Positions 40,841 through 51,827 of a stretch of DNA of 64,000 nucleotides are shown here, in pieces. The translations under genes and the position numbers were made by a program. The stretch spans positions 12,047 to 76,046 of the forward strand of contig DULG01000088.1 of the NCBI GenBank assembly GCA_012840485.1, written 5' to 3'. The notes beneath the pieces are model-generated. The model was not told the origin of the DNA and ran no database searches. It saw only the letters and a list, made by a program, of their open reading frames with translations. Source of the stretch: Clostridia bacterium. Lineage in GTDB: Bacteria; Bacillota; Thermoanaerobacteria; Thermoanaerobacterales; Thermoanaerobacteraceae. Positions within the stretch are counted from its first letter, which is position 1. Each line of letters starts with the position of its first letter.

Positions 40841-41593
40841 ATGTCAAAAAAAATATTACAGCCTCATATTCACCTTTCCATTGATGATTCGGCAGAATTT
40901 GCTCTTTTACCTGGGGACCCAAAGAGAATAAGCCATATAGCTAAATTTTTAGATGATGTAAAAGAATTAGCAAGAAATCGTGAATACTATAGTATTTCCG
41001 GTTTATACAAAGGGATAAAAGTATTAGCTATTTCAACAGGCATTGGTGGACCTTCTACAGCTATTGCAGTTGAGGAATTGAAAAATATAGGTGTAAAAGT
41101 TCTAATACGAATAGGAAGTTGCGGTGCTCTAAAGGAAGACTTAAAAAAAGGAGACTTAGTAATAGCTACAGCTGCCGTAAGAAACGACGGAACATCAAAA
41201 ACTTACATTGAAGATTGCTTCCCTGCCGTTTCTGACTTAGAAGTTTTACAAGCACTTATTGAAAGCGCTAAAAGCCTTGGTTATCCCTATGAATATGGCA
41301 TCATAAAAAGCCACGATAGTTTTTATACAGACAAAGAAGAAGAAATTAATAATTATTGGAGTGAAAAAGGCGTTATTGCTTCTGATATGGAAACTGCATC
41401 ATTATTTGTTGTAGGCTCATTAAGAGGCCTTAAAACAGGTTCAATTTTGAATGTAGTAGTAGAAAAACAGGGTAATCTTAAAAACGATATTGCAGAATAT
41501 GCTTTCGAAGAAGATAAAATGTCAATATTAGGAGAAGAAAGAGAAATATTAACAGCTTTAAATGCAATTGTCAAATTAAAGAATTTATTATAA
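40841..41593 (+). CDS. Nucleoside (uridine-type) phosphorylase
   Basis: LLPGDPKR, STGIGGPSTAIAVEEL, RIGSCGA, DMETA; start ATG 40841 after GGAGG. Confidence 0.9.
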   Translation: MSKKILQPHIHLSIDDSAEFALLPGDPKRISHIAKFLDDVKELARNREYYSISGLYKGIKVLAISTGIGGPSTAIAVEELKNIGVKVLIRIGSCGALKEDLKKGDLVIATAAVRNDGTSKTYIEDCFPAVSDLEVLQALIESAKSLGYPYEYGIIKSHDSFYTDKEEEINNYWSEKGVIASDMETASLFVVGSLRGLKTGSILNVVVEKQGNLKNDIAEYAFEEDKMSILGEEREILTALNAIVKLKNLL

Positions 41594-41670
41594 CAGCAAA
41601 CTAAATCAATTGTCTTGCTATAAAATGTAATTTAATTACATTTTATAATAAATTTAAAAGGGGTGATATA

Positions 41671-42276
41671 ATGAATAATAAAAAAAGCATGTGGTCTTTC
41701 AGATTTTCAACAGCTCAATTAGTTCTTATACCTGCTGCAGTTGGAATAAATTATGTTGGTAAACTTTTTGCTGGTATTTTAAAGCTCCCCCTGTGGCTTG
41801 ATTCAATAGGTACAGTTCTTGCTAGTATGTTAGCTGGTCCAATAATCGGAGCTCTTTCAGGTGCTACAAATAATATAATCTACGGTTTAACTGCAGACCC
41901 AATCTCTTTAGTATATGCGCTAACCAGTATTGCAATAGGTCTGACTGCAGGAATTTTAGCTTACAAAGGTTGGTTTGACAACTGGATTAAAGCATTTGTT
42001 TCTGGACTTATAATTGCTCTTGTAGCAACTCTTGTATCTACTCCTTTAAACATTCAATTTTGGGGTGGACAAACAGGTAATATTTGGGGTGATAGCGTCT
42101 TTGCTTTTTTGATGGCCAAAAAATTTCCTATTTTCTTGGCTTCTTTCGCCGATGAGATTATAGTTGACCTACCGGATAAAGTCATTACTGTTCTCATAAG
42201 TTTCGCTATTTTTAAGAGTTTACCAAAACAATTGATTTCCATATACACTGATGACCACAAAATAGAAAAATTATAA
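41671..42276 (+). CDS. ECF transporter S component
   Basis: IPAAVGINYVG, LPLWLDSIGT, GPIIGALSG motifs; 6 TM. Confidence 0.85.
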   Translation: MNNKKSMWSFRFSTAQLVLIPAAVGINYVGKLFAGILKLPLWLDSIGTVLASMLAGPIIGALSGATNNIIYGLTADPISLVYALTSIAIGLTAGILAYKGWFDNWIKAFVSGLIIALVATLVSTPLNIQFWGGQTGNIWGDSVFAFLMAKKFPIFLASFADEIIVDLPDKVITVLISFAIFKSLPKQLISIYTDDHKIEKL

Positions 42277-42318
42277 GACTGCTTAAAAGCAGTCTTATAA
42301 TTTGGAAGGAGAAGCATT

Positions 42319-43089
42319 ATGCGATATTTAAGTTTATACCAGGAAGGCAATTCTTTGCTTCATAAAATTGATCCTATTACTAAATTACTATTTGTAATTA
42401 TCGCAATTTTAGTTCCTATTATAATAAACACTTTAACCATGGCATTGGCTTTCTTTATAATAAGCACATTACTGGTATTTGTTGCCAGAGCTTTTAAAAG
42501 GACCTTGCCTATTATCAGTTTTAGCAGTTTAGTAATTATAACTGTTTTGTTCATACAGGGATTATTTTATTTAAAAAATCAGACACCTTTTTTTACATTA
42601 GGCCCCTTTGTATTTTATAAGGAGGGTTTGTTGTATGCTACAGGAATTGCTATTAGAATTTTTAATATTATAAATGCAGTAGCAGTTTTAATCTTTACTA
42701 CAAAACCTTCTGATTTAATTGAAGCTCTTGTGAAAAAAGGTGTCTCACCTAAAATAGGTTATGTTTTTAGTTCAGTTCTTCAAATTATACCCCAAATGAT
42801 GTCAATCGTAGACACAATATTAGACGCTCAAAAAGCAAGAGGCCTTGAAACAGAAGGGTCATTTACTAAAAGAGCAAAAGCTTTTATACCTCTTATAGGA
42901 CCTGCTGTTTTAAATTCACTTATCTCAACAAAAGAAAGGGCAATGGCACTAGAGGTGAGAGGATTTAATTCAAAGAAGAAAAAAACTTTTTTAAATGAAG
43001 TACCCTATAACAAGTATTCAAACGTTTTGCAAGTGGCGTTAATTGCAATATTAGTATTTTCTATTATTTGGAGGATAATATCATGGTAA
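42319..43089 (+). CDS. ecfT: ECF transporter T component
   Basis: LHKIDPITKL, AQKARG and ALEVRGF motifs. Confidence 0.9.
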   Translation: MRYLSLYQEGNSLLHKIDPITKLLFVIIAILVPIIINTLTMALAFFIISTLLVFVARAFKRTLPIISFSSLVIITVLFIQGLFYLKNQTPFFTLGPFVFYKEGLLYATGIAIRIFNIINAVAVLIFTTKPSDLIEALVKKGVSPKIGYVFSSVLQIIPQMMSIVDTILDAQKARGLETEGSFTKRAKAFIPLIGPAVLNSLISTKERAMALEVRGFNSKKKKTFLNEVPYNKYSNVLQVALIAILVFSIIWRIISW

Positions 43090-43925
43090 ATTTAGTTGTG
43101 GAACATTTAAAATATAGATATCCTTTAGGTAATGAATTAGCTTTAGAGGATATAAGTTTTGAAGTAAAAAAAGGAGAATTTATAGGTATAATAGGTGAAA
43201 ATGGTTCAGGTAAATCTACCCTTTGCCAAGCTATTGTTGGATTAGTTCCCAATTTTTATAAAGGTGCCTATGGTGGTAAAGTATTAGTAAAGGAAATTGA
43301 AGTAGCACAATCAGATGTATCAGAAATATCTTCCTATGTAGGAATTGTCTTTCAGAATCCTTTTACTCAAATTACGGGCTCTAAATTAACTGTATACGAA
43401 GAAGTCGCTTTTGGTCTAGAAAATTTGGGTATTCCAAGAGAAGAAATGATAAAACGCATAGAAGAATCTTTAAAACTTCTTCGGTTATTTGAATATCGTC
43501 ATTTTAATCCTTTTGAATTATCAGGAGGACAAATGCAAAGACTTGCTATCGCAAGTGTCATAGCAATGAAACCTGATATACTTGTATTAGACGAACCTAC
43601 TTCTCAACTTGACCCACAAGGTTCAGAAGAAGTTTTTCAAGCAATACAGGACCTTGCAAAAAATGGAATGACTATAATAATAGCTGAACATAAAATTGAA
43701 AAAATTGCTTCATACGCAGATAAAATTATTTTGCTCCACAAAGGAAAGCTCGTTGATTTCGATACTCCAGAGAAAATTTTTTCAAGAGAGGACATTGAAG
43801 AATATGGAATTGTACCTCCTGTTTATACGCGCATATGCAAAAGTCTTAACGTAAAAAATGAAGCAGGTTTTTATCCTGTGACTTTGGAACAAGTTTATTA
43901 TGAGCTGGTGAAAGTCTATGGATGA
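43083..43925 (+). CDS. ECF ATPase (A subunit)
   Basis: GENGSGKST, VFQNP, LSGGQMQR, LDEPTSQLDP. Confidence 0.9.
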   Translation: MVNLVVEHLKYRYPLGNELALEDISFEVKKGEFIGIIGENGSGKSTLCQAIVGLVPNFYKGAYGGKVLVKEIEVAQSDVSEISSYVGIVFQNPFTQITGSKLTVYEEVAFGLENLGIPREEMIKRIEESLKLLRLFEYRHFNPFELSGGQMQRLAIASVIAMKPDILVLDEPTSQLDPQGSEEVFQAIQDLAKNGMTIIIAEHKIEKIASYADKIILLHKGKLVDFDTPEKIFSREDIEEYGIVPPVYTRICKSLNVKNEAGFYPVTLEQVYYELVKVYG

Positions 43926-44733
43926 GGTCATAAGAGTACAAAATCTTTCTTTTGCATACAAACAGGATTATGAAGTCTTAAAAAATATATCCTTAGTCTT
44001 TGATAAAAAAAGTACGGCAATAATTGGCCAAAATGGGGCTGGTAAAACCACTTTCGTAAAACTTTTAAAGGGTCTTTTAAAACCGACAAGTGGTGAAATA
44101 TATATAAAAGGATATAATACAAAAGAGGTAAGCACAGCATTTTTATCAAAATATATAGGGCTTGTCTTTCAAAATCCTAATGATCAAATTTTTAAAAATA
44201 CAGTTCTTGAAGAAGTTATGTTTGGTCCTCTTAATATATTAAAAGATAAAAAACAAGCTCAAGAAAATGCTATAAAAGCTTTAGAAATGGTTGGATTACA
44301 GGATAAAATGCATATTCATCCTTACGACTTGGGACTTTCTGATAGAAAACTTGTAAGTATAGCTTCTATAGTATCTATGGACCCAGACATCATTATCCTT
44401 GATGAACCTACAATTGCACAGGACCATAAAGGAAATACCATAATAAAAAATGTAATTAAAGAATTAAAAGAAAAGGGGAAATTAGTAATAACTATTACAC
44501 ACGATATGGATTTTGTAGCCGAAATATTTGAAAGGACTATTGTATTAAATGAAGGCATTATTCTCCTTGATGGCAATACCCGTGAAGTTTTTTCCCAACA
44601 AGAAATACTCAAAAAAGCTTACCTTGAACTTCCCCATGTTGCACAACTTGCAAAAAAATTAGGCATTAAACAAACTCTCTTAACAGAACAAGAATTGATA
44701 AATTTTTTAAAACATAATAAACTCAACAATTAG
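43918..44733 (+). CDS. ECF ATPase (A' subunit)
   Basis: GQNGAGKTT, VFQNP, LDEPT, ITHDMDFVAE. Confidence 0.9.
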   Translation: MDEVIRVQNLSFAYKQDYEVLKNISLVFDKKSTAIIGQNGAGKTTFVKLLKGLLKPTSGEIYIKGYNTKEVSTAFLSKYIGLVFQNPNDQIFKNTVLEEVMFGPLNILKDKKQAQENAIKALEMVGLQDKMHIHPYDLGLSDRKLVSIASIVSMDPDIIILDEPTIAQDHKGNTIIKNVIKELKEKGKLVITITHDMDFVAEIFERTIVLNEGIILLDGNTREVFSQQEILKKAYLELPHVAQLAKKLGIKQTLLTEQELINFLKHNKLNN

Positions 44734-44874
44734 ATGAGGGAGCACTCCAAATTGCTCCCTTGTTTTAATCCTTTAACTTATCAAAAAATCTTTAAGAAAA
44801 TATCTTCCAATCACATAAAATACTATATAAAATTTTTCAGTTATGTTAAAATGTTATTAAAGGGGGAACAAAAA

Positions 44875-46203
44875 GTGTTTAATTTAAAGAAAATTTTGTT
44901 ATTTACAATCTTGCTAATTTTTGTAATAATGCCACTTTCTTCTTTAAAAGCAGCCCCACTCCAAAGCCCCGTCTATGTACTATCCATTGATGGCCCCATT
45001 GTACCAGTTGTCGCAGATTACATTGAAAATGGCTTTAATGAAGCAGAAAAAAGTGGTGCAAGTTGTATAGTCATAGAACTTTCTACTCCTGGCGGTTTAT
45101 ATTCTACTACTCAAAAAATCGTCACAAAAATACTAAACTCTCCTATTCCTGTTGTAGTATATGTCTCCCCCGCGGGAGCCTGGGCAGGTTCTGCTGGTAC
45201 TTTCATAACACTTTCAGCAAATGTCGCTGCAATGGCTCCTGGAAGTAGAATAGGCGCTGCCCATCCTGTGTCAATGGAAGACGACACTGCTTTATCAGAT
45301 GTACAAAAGCAAAAAATCACTCATGACGCTGCTGCTTGGATAAGAAGCATCGCAGAAAACAGGGGGAGAGACCCCAAAAATGCTGAAATGGCAGTTATTG
45401 AAAGCAAATCTTTTACTGACACAGAAGCATTAAATGCCCATTTAATCGATTTTAAAGCTACTAATTTAAATGACCTTCTAAAAAAAATAAACGGCCTTAC
45501 AGTCAAAAATTTTGACGGCACAACTACAACTTTGCAAACAGATGGTCCAATCAAATACTTCCCAATGTCTTCAGCTCAAAAATTTCTCTTTGCAATAAGC
45601 GATCCAAATATTGCTTATCTTCTCATGAGCGCTGGTATCTTGGGCATTGTATTGGAGCTTTATCATCCTGGAGCTATCTTTCCCGGTGTAGCAGGAGGAA
45701 TAAGCTTACTTTTAGGCCTTTACACACTTGGAACATTAAATGCTCAATTAAGTGGAATGCTTCTTGTCATATTAGGGCTTGTGCTTTTGGCATCTGAGGC
45801 GTTTGTTGTAAGCCATGGCATTTTAGCAGTGGGCGGTATAACTTCCTTCGTACTTGGCTCTTTAATGTTATTTAGTGGAAACCAAATGGGACTCACTATT
45901 AACAAAGGAGTAATTTTCGCAACAGCCTTTTTCATGGCAGCTTTTATTTCTTTCCTGTTAGCTGCTGTTATAAAAGCTCAAAAGAGAAAAGTAGTCACAG
46001 GAGTAGAAGGTTTAATTGGTGAAATAGGTATTGCAGTAAGTGATATTAATCCAAATGGCATAGTCTTGGTAGAAGGAGAAAGGTGGCAAGCAGAATCTAA
46101 AGAGTATATTGCAAAAGGCGAAAAGGTCGTCATTACAGCAGTAGAGGGTTTAACAGTTAAAGTTGAAAAAATAAAAGAGGGAGGCAGTAAAAAAAATGAT
46201 TGA
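44875..46203 (+). CDS. nfeD: NfeD-family membrane-bound serine protease
   Basis: [27 protein letters not shown]-terminal EGERWQA OB fold; GTG start after AGGGGG. Confidence 0.9.
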   Translation: MFNLKKILLFTILLIFVIMPLSSLKAAPLQSPVYVLSIDGPIVPVVADYIENGFNEAEKSGASCIVIELSTPGGLYSTTQKIVTKILNSPIPVVVYVSPAGAWAGSAGTFITLSANVAAMAPGSRIGAAHPVSMEDDTALSDVQKQKITHDAAAWIRSIAENRGRDPKNAEMAVIESKSFTDTEALNAHLIDFKATNLNDLLKKINGLTVKNFDGTTTTLQTDGPIKYFPMSSAQKFLFAISDPNIAYLLMSAGILGIVLELYHPGAIFPGVAGGISLLLGLYTLGTLNAQLSGMLLVILGLVLLASEAFVVSHGILAVGGITSFVLGSLMLFSGNQMGLTINKGVIFATAFFMAAFISFLLAAVIKAQKRKVVTGVEGLIGEIGIAVSDINPNGIVLVEGERWQAESKEYIAKGEKVVITAVEGLTVKVEKIKEGGSKKND

Positions 46204-46969
46204 GAGTTTTGCTTTTTTGTTTACTTTATTGATAATCCTAATAAGTTTAATTTCTGCATCTATTAGAATAGTTCAAGAATACGAAAGAGGTGTAATCTTC
46301 CGTTTGGGGCGCTATGTAGGTGTTAGAGGGCCTGGGATATTCTTTTTAATACCTTTAATTGAGAGAATGCAAAAAGTAGATTTAAGAGTTGTTACAATGG
46401 AAGTTCCCACTCAAGAAGCCATCACGAAAGATAACGTGACAATAAAAGTCAATGCTGTAGTATATTTTAGGGTAGTAGACCCAGCAAATGCAGTTATAAA
46501 AGTATTAGACCACATAAGAGCAACATCACAATTGGCACAGACCACATTAAGAAGCGTCTTAGGCCAATCTGATTTGGATGAACTTTTATCCCATAGAGAT
46601 GAGATAAATAAAAGGCTTCGCGAAATTATAGACGAAGGAACAGAGCCATGGGGCGTAAAAGTAAACCTTGTTGAAATAAGAGACGTAGAATTGCCTCAAA
46701 CCATGCAGAGAGCAATGGCAGCACAGGCAGAAGCAGAAAGAGAACGCCGTGCAAAAATAATAAGCGCTGACGGTGAATATCAGGCTGCAGCAAAACTTGC
46801 AGATGCTGCCAGAATCATATCTTCTGAACCTGTATCATTGCAACTTAGATATTTACAAACCTTAAGAGAAATAGCTAATGACAGGTCAAATATTGTAGTG
46901 TTTCCAATGTCACTGGATATATTGCAACAATTTTTCTCTCAGGGCCAAAAACAAAATAAGATAGAATAA
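46196..46969 (+). CDS. Stomatin/SPFH (slipin) family protein
   Basis: [49 protein letters not shown]. Confidence 0.93.
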   Translation: MIESFAFLFTLLIILISLISASIRIVQEYERGVIFRLGRYVGVRGPGIFFLIPLIERMQKVDLRVVTMEVPTQEAITKDNVTIKVNAVVYFRVVDPANAVIKVLDHIRATSQLAQTTLRSVLGQSDLDELLSHRDEINKRLREIIDEGTEPWGVKVNLVEIRDVELPQTMQRAMAAQAEAERERRAKIISADGEYQAAAKLADAARIISSEPVSLQLRYLQTLREIANDRSNIVVFPMSLDILQQFFSQGQKQNKIE

Positions 46970-46994
46970 AGCTGCTGGAACAAGCAGCTTTATT
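46965..46994 (+). terminator. Rho-independent terminator AATAAAGCTGCT..AGCAGCTTTATT
   Basis: Inverted repeat at the stomatin stop, between convergent genes. Confidence 0.7.
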
Positions 46995-47230
46995 CTATTA
47001 ATTTTCTTAATTCTCCCACATTTCTTGGTGCCTTATTCTTTTTTACTATTCCTTTCTCTTTTAAAATCTCATATAATTCCAAAATAATTGGCTTTCTCAG
47101 GTCCTTTGTATATAAGTTTTTATCGCTAAATATAGTTTCAGGAAATCCTTCTTTAATTTCTTCCATCTTTCATGACATATATATAATCATAATCAGTCCA
47201 AGAGTATGCAAAATCTACATCATGAGTAGA
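46990..47230 (-). pseudogene. cbiO: 3' remnant of a CbiO-like ECF ATPase
   Basis: STHDVDFAYSWTDY..IYVMKDG..KEGFPETIFSDK..LRKP across a frameshift; lies downstream of the cbi remnants. Confidence 0.65.
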
Positions 47231-47246
47231 CACCGCAATAGACATA

Positions 47247-47304
47247 GGGACGGTTCTTCTGTCTATTTTTACTTGACTAATTTTCAGACAAGGGAACCGT
47301 CCCC
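47247..47304. repeat. REP-like hairpin at the cbiG/cbiO deletion junction
   Basis: GGGACGGTTCTTCTGTCT ... AGACAAGGGAACCGTCCCC. Confidence 0.85.
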
Positions 47305-47309
47305 TTGTC

Positions 47310-47520
47310 TATTGGCAACAATTCCAGCAGCCATGACAAATACAAGCCCATCGTATTTTTTAAAAACTTTATGGACAAAAGGAATAAATTCTTCCTCTAT
47401 CGTAAGGTCTTCAGGTGATGCGTACTTATCTTTTACGTACACGTCACCACCTAATTTTTCTCTAATCTGCTTTGCTATTTTTGAACCGTTTTTTGTAAGA
47501 GCAATTACAGCCAAATTCAT
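47310..47520 (-). pseudogene. cbiG: CbiG N-terminal fragment
   Basis: MNLAVIALTKNG..FKKYDGLVFVMAAGIVA, then runs into the REP hairpin. Confidence 0.85.
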
Positions 47521-48273
47521 AAATCTTTCCTCTCCCTAAAACCATGAGAAAATTCTTTATCGTAAAGCCTTGAATAAGCTTCCACATCCTTTAAAAAATC
47601 CCCTACCAATATCATAGACGTCCTCTTTATTCCTTTTTCTTTAACTTTTTGGGATATGTCTTTTAAAGTGCCCAGTACAATCTGCTGGTCTTCCCATGTG
47701 GCTTTGTAGATAACAGCCACTGGAGTAGAATCCTCATATCCTTCTTTTAGCTCTGAGACCACTCTTTCTATTTCATGGACACTTAAAAATATATTGCCAT
47801 TGTAGCCTTGTGCCTCGACAGATGCCTTAATTTTTCTAACTCAGGAACTTTTGTCTTGCCCTCTACGCGGGTTAAAATGATGGTTTGAGTAAGTTCTGGT
47901 ACAGTTAATTCTTTTTTTAAAACCGCTGCAGCCGCCAAAAAAGAACTAATTCCTGGAATTATTTCATACTCTATATTTCGCTGTTAAGCTCCACTACCTG
48001 TTCGTGAATAGCCCCATAAATTGAAGAGTCTACCGTATGAAGCCTCGCAATATCCTTATTTTCTCTATCTGCTTTCACTATCACTTCAGCTATCTCTTCT
48101 AATGTCATTGAAGCACTGTTACAAATTTCTGTACCATCTTTAGCATACTTCAATATCTCTTCACTTACCAAAGACCCTGCATATATGATGACATCACAGG
48201 AAGACAAAATTTTCATCCCTTTAACAGTTATAAGTTCTGGATCTCCTGGACCTGCCCCGATAAAGTACACCAT
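47517..48273 (-). pseudogene. cbiF: Cobalt-precorrin-4 C11-methyltransferase, frameshifted
   Basis: MVYFIGAGPGDPELIT..YAGSLV; IPGISSF and TPVAVIYKATWEDQ..RLYD in other frames. Confidence 0.88.
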
Positions 48274-48274
48274 C

Positions 48275-48946
48275 TCATTTCACCTTCTTAGCAATAATCA
48301 AAGACAAATAATCTATCTTTTTACTCAAATATTCTTCAAGGTCATAGCAAATTTTTCATTATCATGGCCACACCTTATGACAAGATACCCTTTAAATCCC
48401 TTCTCTTTGAGGAGTTTTACAATATCATCATAATTTCTTGAAACCTTCATCAAAACTACACTGTCAAACAAATCTAAAATCTTTCCAATCTCTTGTATAT
48501 CATGGGAAGAGATAACTGTAAAATTTTGACTGCCTTCAGCAATTGGAATATTAAGCCGAGAGGCTGCAGCAGAATAAGAGCTGACTCCTGGAATTGTCTC
48601 TACTTCATTCCCTTCTAATTCTTTTAAAAGGTATATGTAAGTACTGTAAATCATGGGATCTCCTATCGTTATAAAGCTACATCTTCCCCTGCTTCCAGAA
48701 AATCCTTAATTTTTCTGGCATTCTCCTGCCATTTCATTTTGAGTGTTCCTTTGAATAGATCATGGGAAAATTCATAAATACGACTTTTCCCTTTATGTAG
48801 GACTTTGCGATATCGTAGGCAATGCTCCCCTCCCCTTTCCCCGAAGGAGCCACCACTATCTGAACTTTTTGAAGTATCTCTACAGCCTTTAAAGTAATAA
48901 GATTTTTTTCACCTGGTCCTACGCCTATTCCGTAAAACTTAGCCAT
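48275..48946 (-). pseudogene. cbiL: Cobalt-precorrin-2 C20-methyltransferase, frameshifted
   Basis: FYGIGVGPGE..ITLKA, then GDPMIYST..IPGVSS in another frame. Confidence 0.88.
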
Positions 48947-48947
48947 T

Positions 48948-49295
48948 CTATCCCTCTTTTTGTGCAGTTATTATGTATATAGGATTTCTCGCTATCATCA
49001 TTGTCTTTTCTCCCGCCTTTTTAGAGACAGAAATATTTACATTTACAACTTCCAAGCCGTAATCTTTTTTTGTAAAATAACTACTGGCTATATAGGCAGT
49101 TTCCAATGTAATGGCGTTTATTACTACAATCTCTTTTTCTTTTAATCTTTTATCTACCGCCTCAAAAATCTCTTCTGCCTTATCTCCTGTACCGCCAATA
49201 AACACTCTGTCAGGAGAGGGTAAATCAAATAAGACATCAGGGGCTTTTCCTTTTAGCACCACTATATTTTTTACTCCAAATTTCTTTATAAGACA
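48948..49295 (-). pseudogene. cbiT: CbiT C-terminal fragment
   Basis: KFGVKNI..GKAPD..PDRVFIGG..INAITLET..ARNPIYII; N-terminus replaced by a REP element. Confidence 0.85.
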
Positions 49296-49297
49296 CT

Positions 49298-49350
49298 GGG
49301 ACTAGTGGTGGGACTAGTGGGGACGGTTCCTTTTGTCTGTCCCTAGTGGT
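49298..49350. repeat. REP-like unit with duplicated GGACTAGTGG flank at the cobS/cbiT junction
   Basis: GGGGACGGTTCCTTTTGTCT at 49319-49338. Confidence 0.8.
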
Positions 49351-49408
49351 TTTTTTATTTTATCATAGATGCTAATTCATCTATTTTTCTTAATAGCTAA
49401 ATTCCCTT

Positions 49409-50155
49409 TTATAATAATGAAAAATATATATAAACCATAAGTTCAACAAATTCAATAACTGCCCCTAAGGTGTCTCCTGTCATTCCGCCTATTCTTTTAG
49501 AAATGTATTTTGACATAAGGTATGTAAAGATAAGAGAAATCGCAGTAAGTTCAAAGAAATTTCTCAAAGGCATTACAAAATGGCTTATTACTACAGAAAT
49601 CACAAAGGCAATTGTAAATTCTTTTAGACCCGCCTTTTCAAGCAGTAGCCCGCCTAATCCTTTTCCACCTCTTGCAGATTTGCTAATTGCAATTGAAAAG
49701 ACAACAGATAATCTAGCAACGACAGGTGACATTAAAAGAGCCGAAAATACAATGCTTTGTTTTATACTGCTTAAAAATAAGATTTTCAATATCACCATAA
49801 AAACTAAAACCAAAACTCCATTCGTCCCAAGTCTTGAGTCTTTCATTATTTCAAGTATTTTATCTCTGCCTTTGTTGCTAAAAAGCCCATCGAAAGTATC
49901 AGCAAGCCCATCTATGTGCATTCCCCTTGTGAGGATGTAAGAAAGAGCGACAAGTAATGTCATGATAATTTCCCGGGAAAATAAATCTTTTAAAAGAAGG
50001 TGGGAAATAAACAAAATACTGCCTATTAAAAGACCAACTAAAGGAAGATAAGAAGCTATTTTATAAATTTTATTTTCCTCAATGTCAATATTTATTGGTA
50101 TTGGAATGCCAGTCATAAACTGTATAGAAAGTATTAAAACTTTAAGCTCTCCCAT
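49409..50155 (-). CDS. cobS: Adenosylcobinamide-GDP ribazoletransferase (cobalamin synthase)
   Basis: QFMTGIP, TRGMHIDGLADTFDG, IMKDSRLG, GGMTGDTLGA. Confidence 0.95.
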   Translation of the reverse strand: MGELKVLILSIQFMTGIPIPINIDIEENKIYKIASYLPLVGLLIGSILFISHLLLKDLFSREIIMTLLVALSYILTRGMHIDGLADTFDGLFSNKGRDKILEIMKDSRLGTNGVLVLVFMVILKILFLSSIKQSIVFSALLMSPVVARLSVVFSIAISKSARGGKGLGGLLLEKAGLKEFTIAFVISVVISHFVMPLRNFFELTAISLIFTYLMSKYISKRIGGMTGDTLGAVIEFVELMVYIYFSLL

Positions 50156-50159
50156 AAAA

Positions 50160-50711
50160 TTACCCCTTTATCTTAACAGGAATGCCTGATATCATAAGGT
50201 AAACCTCATCTGAAGCATCAGCCATCTTTTTGTTCATCCTTCCTGCTATGTCTCTGAAAATCCTCCCTAATTTATATTCAGGCACCAGTCCCATCCCCAC
50301 TTCATTTGTCACAAGTATTATTTCTTTGTCACTTTTAGAGGCCTTTAATATCTTATCTACCTCTTTACTTATCCTCTTTTCTATTTCCTCCACCTCTTGA
50401 GAAGTTGAATCCTCCCAGGTTAAATCGACTTCCATTAGTAAGTTGGTAATCATAACTGTTAAGCAGTCAATCAGCACAACTTTCCTGTCGTTTTTTAAAA
50501 TCTCTTCATCAAGGTTTTTATAAACCTCTTTTGTCTCCCAAGAAGAAGGTCTTCTCTCTCTATGCCTTCTTATCCTTTCTTTCATCTCTTCGTCAAAGGG
50601 AATAGAAGTTGCTACATACAAAACTCCCTCTCTTCCCTTTTCATAAGCCAGCTTTTCGGCAAATTCGCTTTTCCCAGACCTGGCACCACCTGTTACCATA
50701 ATTAATCCCAT
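50160..50711 (-). CDS. cobU: Adenosylcobinamide kinase / phosphate guanylyltransferase
   Basis: VTGGARSGKSEFAE, HRERRP, LIDCLT, VTNEVGMGLVP, FRDIAG. Confidence 0.96.
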   Translation of the reverse strand: MGLIMVTGGARSGKSEFAEKLAYEKGREGVLYVATSIPFDEEMKERIRRHRERRPSSWETKEVYKNLDEEILKNDRKVVLIDCLTVMITNLLMEVDLTWEDSTSQEVEEIEKRISKEVDKILKASKSDKEIILVTNEVGMGLVPEYKLGRIFRDIAGRMNKKMADASDEVYLMISGIPVKIKG

Positions 50712-51796
50712 CAGACTACAACCCTTTCTTTATCTTCACTAATTTCTTCATATGTTATCTCTCGTAAAGCATTTAGAAGTTTTTCGTTGTCCTCATGCTT
50801 TTTAACAGCCACCCTAAAAAACCTCTTGTCAAGATATCTAAAATTAGATGCATCTCTTATTAAAATTCCTCTTTCCAAAAGCTTTTTCTTTATGTCGTCA
50901 ACAATTCCTGTCTTTAATTTGAGAAGTATAAAATTTACTTTTGTATCAAATGCCACTAAATAATCTATTTTTCTCAATGAAAACAGCATATGCTCTATCT
51001 CTGCATTTACATATTCTCTGGTCTTTTCTATATACTCTCTGTCTTTAAAGAGCCATCTTCCTACAGCTTCTGCAAAGGTATTTACTGTCCAGGGCTCTTT
51101 GTATTCCTCTAGTTTCTGTATTAAAGAAGGACTTCCAATTCCATACCCCAACCTTATTCCCGGCATTCCAAAAAACTTTGTGACAGCCCTTACTACAAAT
51201 AGCTTGTTGTGCTTTTTGACAAGGGGTAAGGCTTCATATTTTTTGTAATCCTTCACAAACTCTATAAATGCTTCGTCTATGAGAACAGGGATATCCAAAA
51301 TCTCAGCTTTTTTAAGCAAAATCCCTATCTCTTCCCTTATCACTCCTTGCCCTGTGGGATTATTGGGATTGCCAAGTATTAAAGCATCTGCTTCTTCTAT
51401 TTGAGAAAGAAGTTTTGCAAAGTTTAACTTAAAACCTTCTTCTTCCTCCAACCTAAAATATACAGGCTCTCCACCGTTTAATTTAACTGTCCTTTCATAC
51501 TCTAAAAAAGAAGGAGAAGGAATGAGAGGTTTTTTTATTTTAAAAGCCCTGACAAAAAGGTGTATCAGTTCTGCCGCACCATTTCCTACAATTATATTTT
51601 CTTTTCCATATCCCACATACTCAACTATGGCATCTTTTAACTTTCTATACTGCACATCGGGATATTTAGTTAAATCTACTTTTTTTACCGCTTCCCAAAT
51701 CCATTCCGGAGCCCCAAGGGGATTTATATTGGAGCTAAAATCAAGTATATCTTCTCTGTAGTCATATATATTTCCTCCATGTTCATAAGGCTTCAT
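50711..51796 (-). CDS. cobD: L-threonine-O-3-phosphate decarboxylase
   Basis: HGGN..DFSSNINPLG, GNPNNPTG, IDEAF, TKFFGMPGIRLGY. Confidence 0.92.
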   Translation of the reverse strand: MKPYEHGGNIYDYREDILDFSSNINPLGAPEWIWEAVKKVDLTKYPDVQYRKLKDAIVEYVGYGKENIIVGNGAAELIHLFVRAFKIKKPLIPSPSFLEYERTVKLNGGEPVYFRLEEEEGFKLNFAKLLSQIEEADALILGNPNNPTGQGVIREEIGILLKKAEILDIPVLIDEAFIEFVKDYKKYEALPLVKKHNKLFVVRAVTKFFGMPGIRLGYGIGSPSLIQKLEEYKEPWTVNTFAEAVGRWLFKDREYIEKTREYVNAEIEHMLFSLRKIDYLVAFDTKVNFILLKLKTGIVDDIKKKLLERGILIRDASNFRYLDKRFFRVAVKKHEDNEKLLNALREITYEEISEDKERVVV

Positions 51797-51827
51797 TTTA
51801 TCACCTTCTTTCCAACCATACTAATCT

